From: the human T2T-CHM13v2.0 reference genome, Homo sapiens
NCBI RefSeq assembly: GCF_009914755.1
Contig: NC_060932.1
Length of the DNA stretch: 64,000 bases
Direction: 5' to 3' (one strand)
Made by a program: the position numbers and the translations under genes. Position 1 is the stretch's first letter, and each line of letters opens with the position of its first letter. The notes beneath the pieces were generated by a model. The model saw only the letters and a list, made by a program, of their open reading frames with translations. It did not search any database and had not been told where the DNA came from. Shown in pieces: positions 55,311 to 64,000 of the stretch.

Positions 55311-56904
55311 AAGAAATCTCCTCATTTACAGACCTTCCATTGCAATCTGAGGTTTTAATCAGTGCTATTATTGAGCATTTTCCCCTTTTTTGACCTTCTT
55401 ATTCTGCTATCTGGTTTACTTGTGCTTTCTAAGTACTCCCTATTAGTACAACTTTGGAATATGCTCCTGAGAATTCTCATTCCTTCCAAGCTATTAAGGC
55501 TCTTCATTAAATCACAATATGAATGCCTAGTCCAAATGCCTTGGTTTCTTGAATATAAAACACCCTAATCACACATGTATTCCACTCATATACATTGTCT
55601 ATTTAGAGGGTCTCAGAAGTATATTCATTTTTTTCTTCCGTAAAGTACCTTGATATTTTCCTCCAGTCACTGACTTTAGCTCTATTTCAGTCCAAACAAT
55701 GAACTAAGATATGTGGTACAACCAGTCAATCAAACTATAATTATTACTTCAGTTCAGAAACTCTGGGCCATGACACACTACTCACAAGGGTCAGAGATAA
55801 AAGATCCATAGCATCCAGGGTGAAAATGTGCAAATTTTCTCTGTATATTGGGTCTTTAGGTACTGAACTAGCTTCACAGTTATGATAAACCATGGACCTT
55901 CTCATCATGCCCTAAGTTTTTTTGTTGTTGTTTGTTTTATTTCAGCCTTACTATAAAGGCCACATTCTTCATGGTGTAGCCTCTGCGGTTTATTTCTTGT
56001 ACATTTGAAAATTAAAGACTGCCAAAGAGCTTTCTAGCTACAAATTTCTAGCTACAAATTTAATAGAGTTTCTGGTACAGAGTTCTTAATGAGTATTTAT
56101 TAAAGTAATTGAATGACTGAAGTTACATTAAGTTGCACATGTAAGTTACAGAATTTCACATACCTCCAATGTAAACTAAGATTTTCAGGTATGGTATTGA
56201 ATGAGCAAGCAGAAAGAAGGTCATGATATGATTAGCTCTTCTAAGATATTAAAGCACAGTGACTTCTTTGTATTGTGGCTCAATGTTATTGACATGACAG
56301 ATGCAATTATTGAGGCTCCTTTTATGGCTCTTAGGTAAGCAATTATGGGTGTGAACAAATTCTTGTTATGTGAGAATGAGAGAGATGTCTTTTCCCTGTT
56401 GTATGTAAGAAAGAATTCATATTGATCCTCTTTGGGTGATTTTTGATACGAATTGGCTAGAATAGTCAGTAGTAGCAAAACAATACAGATTTGACAGCCT
56501 GATTTTGGCTCTGAAAAACTCTAAACAAGAAGGCAGACACACTTTAATGGCCAGTTATATGAATAATGTATTATCACTAAAAAGGGAACAACTTAAGGTA
56601 AAATTATGATACTCTCATTATTGTAAACCTCATTATAGCATAAAAATAGAAGTTTTCACCTAAAAAATAACAAATTTTCTTTCTTGAAATTCACATGTAA
56701 GAGGTTACAGATTCCTAAAATTCTAGTTACAGTTCTGATTCTCAGAAGAATGTATTTGATATACCTCTCTATAATATTAAAAATAGTTTTGAGAGGCATG
56801 TGTAAGTTCCATATGCAATCTATATTATATGAATTTATATGTTTTTATATTCCTAAGAAGTTTTTTGTCAATACATTCCAGCTTTTATTATTTTAGGGGA
56901 ACTA

Positions 56905-57202
56905 GACCAGACGCAGTGGCTCACGCCTGTAATCCCAGCACTTTGGAAGGTCGAGATGGGTGGATCACTTGAGGTCAGGAGTTCAAGACCAGCCTGTCCA
57001 ACATTGTGAAACCCCATCTCTACTAAAATTACAAAAATTAGCCAGGCATGGTGGTGGGCACCTGTAATCCCAGCTACTCAGGAGGCTGAGGCAGGAGAAT
57101 GGCTTGAATCCGGGAGGCAGGGTTGCAGTGAGCTGAGATTGCACCACTGCGCTCCAGCCTTGGTGATAGAGCGAGACTCCATCTCAGAAAATAAAATAAA
57201 AT
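56905..57202 (+). mobile_element. AluS
   Basis: Full dimeric Alu with A tail; degenerate TSD AGGGGAACTA/AGAGAAACTA. Confidence 0.97.
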
Positions 57203-58392
57203 AGAGAAACTAAAGATAAAATGATAATAGTTCAGACTTTTAATTAATGGATCCTGAGATTAAGTAATGTATATTTAAGTTTAATTTCAAAGTTTTACCT
57301 ACAGATTCATTTTGTTACTAATGAGATATCATCAAATTACCTAAATTATTTATTTGAAAATAAGACTTTAAGCTGCTTCAACTATATAAGAATGAGTATT
57401 CTTTGTGCTATTTTTTTCTGAATTTGAGTTGGCCATTAATAGCATATGCTTTTCTTTTTCTTTAACAAAGTTATTCATTCGCCAAGACTTTAAATAGAAA
57501 AAAAGTCATTACAGACCTTTTGTTTCATCTTGTTTTATTTTCAGCCAAATCAAAATATGCTCTTTGATAGAGAGAAAATATATTTTAGATAAAAAATGTT
57601 TAACTACTGCTATTAACATTCTAGCAAAATGTTTCATAAACCCACATACATACACAATCACATAAACCTGGATCACTCCCTCTTTTCTGAGAAGGATGAC
57701 CTGCTGGAAATAAGTACTGAATTTCAAATTAGGGCAACTGGAGTCCTATCCTAATTCTACCACCATCTTGTGGTACTTTGTGGTCCTACGTAAAACACTT
57801 TATCTTTGATATGAGGTTCCCAGTGTCAATACAGAGATAGTATTTAATTTTTAGTTGTCTTTCTGCTTTACTTCAGCTCTGCAAATATAATATTTTACAA
57901 ATATCATTTTATATTGGTACATTGAATACAGTTATTGCTTGTATATGTGTTTATAAATACAGACTTTAATAAGCAGAAACTGCTACATGCCAAAGGAGAG
58001 AGAATGTAAAAAAATGAATGGGAAAATGGACAAATAATGTAAATAAGCAAGGCAAGGAAGAAAAAATTGTATAGTTAACAGGCATATGATAAAATGAATG
58101 TTTAGACACATTACAGAGGAATTCAAATGGAAAAATAATGAACAAAGATAAAGAAAAATAAATAGAGGTTGATAATTCTGGCAGAAGTGAGCAGGAGCCT
58201 GAGATTATGCTATACACTGGCTGGCTTTTGTACATATTAGACTTGCTAATGTATTCTGATTAGTCACATGGGTTACGCTTCTGAATTAGAGAAAAATAGC
58301 CCCATTTTTTTCCTTCTTGGTTGTTTTGATTTCAAATATTCATCTTCTCAAACTGTAAATATTCTACTCTACCATTATCATGCTGGTTTCTT

Positions 58393-58724
58393 TTCTTTCT
58401 TCTTTTCTTTTCTTTCTTTCTTTTTTTTTTTTTTTTTGAGACAGGGTCTGGCTCTGTTGTCTAGGCCAGATCGGAGTGTAGTGATGCAAACACAGCTTAC
58501 TACAGTCTCGACTTCCTGGGCGCAAGTTTTCCTCCCATCTAGATCTGCCAGGTAGCTGGAACTACAGGCACTGGCCACCATACCCATCTAACTTTTGTAT
58601 TTTGTATAGAGACAGGGTTTTCACCATATAGCCTAGGCTGGACTTGAACTCCTTGGGTCAAGTGATCCACCTGCCTCTACCTCCCAAAGTGCTGGGATTA
58701 CAGGTGTGAGCTGCCGTACTAGCC
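58393..58724 (-). mobile_element. AluJ
   Basis: Perfect TSD CATGCTGGTTTCTT at 58379 and 58725. Confidence 0.95.
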
Positions 58725-58794
58725 CATGCTGGTTTCTTGATATGACTGTCCTTGGTATTTTCTCTGATAGTCTTAAGTTTAGGATTTAACCAAT

Positions 58795-59045
58795 GCATAG
58801 TGGACAGGCTAAATAACAGAATGAGGAGGACAATTCCTGGGTTTACAACATGGCTCATCATTTAATCCCTTTGCAACATCGGCATTAATCTTTTTGTGTC
58901 TCAATTTTCTTATTTGTAAAATGGGGATGTAATAATGGAAATATTTCATAGAATTTCCATTAGGGTTAAACGAGTTAAACACAGGAAGCTCAGAGAGAGA
59001 TTTGTTATACAGTTCAAGCTCCTAGTAAAACAACTATTGCTACTG
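58795..59045 (+). mobile_element. MIR
   Basis: GTCTCAATTTTCTTATTTGTAAAATGGGGATGTAATAAT core. Confidence 0.7.
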
Positions 59046-59341
59046 AGAACATTGTATAAAGTTTATTTCTCAGAGATTCAGGGAAAACTCTGTCTTACCC
59101 CTCAAATATCCACATTTTCAAACTCTATATATTTCAGCTTCAACTATCATTGAACACATATGAATATAATCAGAACTATTATTTTTCAACAGCTGATTAT
59201 ATTTCATGATAGTATATATTTTCATGCATTATCTCAATAATCTTCAAAATAATTCTATTATACGATTTTGCTGATGAATGCATGGTAAGTCAAAAAGGTA
59301 AATTATTTTGATATTTATGTGGTAAATATCTCGATTACCAC

Positions 59342-59515
59342 AAAGAAGAAGAAGAATCAGAAGGAGGGGAGAAAAAAAGAAGAAAAGGAAGGGGGGAAGA
59401 GGAGGAGGAGGAGAAGGAAGAGAAAAACTATGATTGTAACAATAACAACAATCATAAGAGGAGGGCAAATAGGTGGAGGAAGAAGGGGATCATGAGGAAG
59501 AGAAGAAGAGCACAG
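59342..59515. repeat. GA-rich low-complexity tract
   Basis: Purine-rich GAA/GGA runs. Confidence 0.85.
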
Positions 59516-59608
59516 AAAATTAGATACCTGAAGGGATAAGTAAAATAGTAATAGAAGCAGATGAATGCGACTAGACAAATACCCATAATCATGTTAGCTG
59601 GTCTTTCT

Positions 59609-59615
59609 CTCTTTG

Positions 59616-59646
<31 letters not shown>

Positions 59647-59675
59647 GAAACAGGCATATCACCACACCTGGCTAT

Positions 59676-59726
<51 letters not shown>

Positions 59727-59844
59727 TAGAGACAGGGTCTCGTCATGTTGCCTAGGCTGATCTTGAACTCCTAGCCTCAAGCAATCCCCCATCCTTGGCC
59801 TCCCGTAGTGCTGGGATTACAGGTGTGAGCCACTGTACCAGGCC
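59609..59844 (-). mobile_element. AluJ with most of the right arm deleted, (CT)n tail and expanded T run
   Basis: TTTTTGAAACAGG joins straight to CATATCACCACACCTGGCTA; intact left monomer ends CCAGGCC; TGGTCT on both flanks. Confidence 0.85.
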
Positions 59845-60169
59845 TGGTCTCCCTTTAATTCAGTAAAAGGTAGCTCTTTATGCTGCCTAGGGATTCCACC
59901 ATATTTCCCTTGGAATATTGTTCTCTACTATTTTTTGGACCTTACTTCCTTACCCTTTGTACTCTGGCTACTCTGGCCTTCTAGTAATTCCTAACATGCC
60001 AAGCAAACTTTCATCCTAGACCTTTGCACCTGCTAATTCTAGACATTTGCATAACGGATTGTTGTCTCACATCCTTCAGGATTGCTCATCTAGAAGTCCT
60101 CTCTGAGCACTATACTAAAATTGTACTCACACACTCTAGTTATATTTTATCCTCCTCATATATATAGAC

Positions 60170-60290
60170 AGTCTTTTATTGGTCCATTTATTCTGTAAAT
60201 ATTAAACAGAACTTTTACCTGTCTGTAATTTTGTATTAATGTCATTTTTAATAATTACATATTCAGTTGCCTTCCATTTAGAACCAGAAA
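60170..60290 (+). repeat. 121-bp dispersed duplication, copy 1
   Basis: About 11 substitutions relative to 61149-61269. Confidence 0.95.
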
Positions 60291-61148
60291 TGGTTATCTA
60301 ATAGAATATTTTTTATTTGATTTGGAAATACTTTGCAGGCCTGTTTTCCCACAATGAACTACTTGAGGGTAGTGGCTTCATTGGGTTCACTGCTCTATCT
60401 CCAGCACTTAGATAAATTCTTCATTTATATAGTAGGTGTTCAATATTTTTTTTATGATATAAATGAATGTTCTTATTTCATGCCAAGCATTGCAGTAAGT
60501 GCTTTACATATATTATCTCATTGAACTAAATGAGAAGTATCAGCAAGAATTTGAGAGTAAGTACTATTATTATTTGTATCTTACACAAGGCAAAACTAAG
60601 TTATAGAGATGTTAACTATGTTTCTCCAAATCCCTTAGCCAATAAGTGTTGGATAAGATAACCTCAAATCAGTGCACTGCTAGTAACCCACTGCAAGACA
60701 TGAATCAATATCTAATAGCTAAGTTTCAGAATGCAAATTTAAATGTTTAACTCTACCATCAGTCTTAGTCAATTCACCTTTCTAGATATTGTGCTAGAAG
60801 ATTTTCATACATTTTCTTTTCTATTCAAAACAATAACCTTTACACTATCATTATTCTCTCTGATTTGCAACTCATTAAACTAAATTTCAGAAAAGTTTTG
60901 TCCTGAGAAATGAGTTGAAATCAGGTAGTTTAAAAAATACCTCTGTTCACAACTAATTCAAAGAAAAGCATGAACTGAAATCTTCCTTACATTTTGTATG
61001 TGAGAAGAAGGGACATTGATCTATGTCTTCCCTCAAGGTTTTCTTGCTTTTCTTAAAATTCAATATATCTCTTGAAATGAAGCTATTTCTCAATAGATTT
61101 AAGACAACAGCTGTGTGCGTGTGTGTGTGTGTGTGTGCACGTGTGTGT

Positions 61149-61269
61149 AGTCTTTTATTGGTCCATTTATTCTGTAAATGTTAAACAAAACTTTTACCTG
61201 CCTTTAATTTAGTATGAATGTCATTTATAATAATTACATATCCAGCTGCCTGCCATTTAGGACCAGAAA
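61149..61269 (+). repeat. 121-bp dispersed duplication, copy 2, directly after a (TG)n tract
   Basis: AGTCTTTTATTGGTCCATTTATTCTGTAAAT...CCAGAAA. Confidence 0.95.
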
Positions 61270-61936
61270 ATAGATTCATTCTTCTCTGAATTTTCTGTAT
61301 TACATGTAATACCAGTAAATAAGATAATTTTAAAATATCCACACTAAAGAATATCACTATATGATTAACTTAAATTGACAAAGATTAATGAAAATATTAT
61401 TCTGGCTGCCACTTCACTCTTATTACAACTCATTATGGTTAGAAAGCTTAAAGCATTGGGTTATTTTATACAATATTTCTAATACAATCCATGGGGACAT
61501 TTAGAACAAGCCTGGTTGAAGCATTTCAAAGTGCATTGAAGAGAGTAATTTTGCACAGGCAGAGAGATTTATTTAGATTCAATACATCTTCTTTTCTACT
61601 ATTGCTTCTAATTTTTAAAGGACTATTGTAAAAACTATAATGTACTTATTTTCATAATTTACATGTTTTTTTAGTTATCAGGAACTGCATATTTAGTGGA
61701 ATGAGTGAGAGGAGAGTGTGGTATACATACTTTGAGAATAGACTACTTGTTTCCAAAATGGTTTTTTTTTTTTTTTTTTTTTTTTTAGCAATTCTTAGTT
61801 TTTGACCTTATGTCCTCTGCTCTCTGCCCTTCTCCTCATAATTCAAGCCCAGGAAGTAAGGTTCTATACTAGTAGAGAACTTAGGGGAAAGATGCAGAGT
61901 AGGGAAGATACACAGTGGTCTCTCTCAGAACAAATA

Positions 61937-62916
61937 CACACCGTCCTTTTTTGGTGTGGCAGTCCAGAACCACAAAAATGGTGTGTAGGCTGACAGCATG
62001 CAAAACAATCTTAATAATCAGTGGATGCAATTATGATTATTTTATGACATTTAAAGATTTTTCTTACAACATTAAACACTCTTGATGTCTGTTATAGATT
62101 TATAGAAAAATGGAAAAATAATTAAACTAATATTTATTTAGCACACTATTTTAAAACATTAGAAACATTAACAGGTGTTTGTAAACCTCTTGTTAAAACA
62201 GTTTGAATAGTGCTTGTCTTTTTCTTCTTGTTGCATAACTTACAATATGGAGCCAGTATCTCTTCAATGCCTTGGCAACAAATTGTTATATTCTTTTAAA
62301 ATTTAGGTCGGCTTCCAAAATTTTACCCTTGGTACTTTCAGTGTGTTACTTCCTCTGGGACATCTTCATTCTTTTTCTCACAATCACGTTTTCATTTCCT
62401 CTGACTTTGTGTCTGGAGTTTCTGGAGTCTTTTGCATGCCAATAATGTCAACATTTCCAAGATTAGGTATAGCTCCAATTACATTAATTTGTATTTTATT
62501 TTCGGTAGATTTTTGTTTGTTCGCGTCACTTTCATTTTTGTTGGCCAGTTCTCTCCTTCGATTATTTATTCTCTGCTTCATGGTATTTGGGTTTCTCACT
62601 AGGTGATGAGTATGCTGTACAACTAAATGCTTTGCTGTCTGTACAGAGACTGAATAATAGACATGTAGTGACCAGTCACCAAAAGACTCCAAAAAAGTGA
62701 TGTGGTCACTAATTATAATGTGCATCGATTATTTATGATTTTTAGACCAAAGATTTAACAACAAAATTTATATTTTATGTAATTAGTTAATAGACTATAA
62801 TAACTAAAATTTGAACCATGATGTTGGGAGAAATCGGTTATTTATACATAGGTAGCTAGTGGTAAAACTGAAATTTGAGCATATTGGAACTATGAAAATC
62901 AACAGCTGACTCCCTG
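61937..62916 (-). mobile_element. Tigger (TcMar/pogo) non-autonomous element, Tigger6-like
   Basis: Minus frames give KGKILEADLNF and CQGIEEILAPYCKL..KKKTSTIQT, resembling a Tigger transposase C-terminus; degenerate CA..GTCC / GACTCCCTG ends. Confidence 0.75.
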
Positions 62917-64000
62917 TTAACTTCATTCTTACTCTGGTTAACTCTTTCATTGAATGCTTATTATATGCCAGGCATTATTTGGTTCTTTCTAAAACTTACT
63001 CCATTTAATAATTCTCCTATGAAGTTTATAAAATATTGTAATCTATATTTTGATAATGAGAAAAACTTGATGAGAAACAATGACATTTTTCCCAAGGAGC
63101 AGTGAGGAGCTGGAACTATGCCAATATAATTCCAAAGCCTAAGGTACTTTTGAATTTCACTGTCACTCCTTTTAATTTGGTCAATTATAGTTTCCTATAA
63201 ACTATAAATTATAGTTTCTAATTTATAGGAATAGGTTTATAGTTTCCTATAAACCTTATTTTATATAATTTCAACTGGGGGTCACAAGATAATTTTTCTT
63301 GGGATAAGAAGATTCACTTATTTACCACTGTCTTGTGTATGGAACTTATCATAACCAAAATCATATATTAAGGTCCAAATGTAATTACATTTTATTAAAG
63401 CTTGTTCCAATACTATTCATTCTGATCCTTCAAGCCAATGTTATAAAGAAATTGCTATGCATTTTATATCACAAAACATGTAACTTGAACCATTAAGGGG
63501 CTGCTCAGTGTCTCTCTCTCCAGAATTTGAAGTCCACTGAAATGAAGTTATTTGTTTTTCTTCTGTGTCCTGCCAGTGTAGATACAGAGTAGTATAGAAG
63601 GTGGGATGAACTCAGAGAAGTGTGGTTTATTCAGGGTGGTAGTCATGTTAACTCTGTGCTGAAGTTTCTCAGACAGGAATTTTAGTAATATAATCATCAT
63701 TTAAGTTATTGCAGCCAAGAAAATAGGGCATTAGACTTAATAGAACATTTCTATGTTTTACGTCCTACCCATTTGTCTTTTTGCTTTAATTCAACATTTA
63801 TAAACTATGTATTTTATTTTTTTGTTTTTCTTCTTAGAATTCTGAGATGAACTTCCTATTAGCTAGATTGAGCACTTTTGCAACTTAAAAGAATGATTTA
63901 GATGATAAATATTTGTTTTTTAGAATGCTGTTTCCATTTCATCTTTCCTTAGAAATTATAGGAAAATGCTAAATGTATGACCATGTGTGAGACAATCTAG

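Noticed and set aside
59244-59578. Pro/Leu/Phe-rich minus ORFs
   Set aside because: Translation of a GA-rich low-complexity tract.
62384-62725. 113-aa minus ORF with an acceptor-like site, first taken for a terminal coding exon
   Set aside because: It lies inside a Tigger-family element, and neighbouring frames give transposase C-terminal remnants.

Overview
AT-rich, repeat-dense primate genomic DNA, probably human (Alu, L1PA, THE1 and MER50/MER52 elements). It is gene-poor intronic or intergenic sequence. I can support no intact host protein-coding gene, rRNA, tRNA or CRISPR array. Most ORFs in the track are L1 ORF2 remnants, LTR/Alu noise or ERV gag. Main content: about 10 L1 copies (five 5'-inverted), a MER50-type ERV1 provirus (22521-27118) with 244 open gag codons and no pol, a solo MER52 LTR, MaLR LTRs, DNA-transposon fossils (Charlie1a, Tigger3a, a Tigger6-like element, MADE1, MER94-like), Alus, MIR/L2 and microsatellites. 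Best leads: (1) a young L1PA splits a cadherin-repeat-like reading frame, and other + strand exon-like pieces suggest a decayed cadherin-related gene (inference, needs an HMM/tBLASTn test); (2) a ~1 kb inversion shown by a split MLT1A LTR; (3) two L1s interrupted by non-L1 DNA; (4) a dispersed 121-bp duplication. Repeat subfamily names come from recalled consensus sequences compared by eye, not from a RepeatMasker run, and boundaries of old repeats are approximate.
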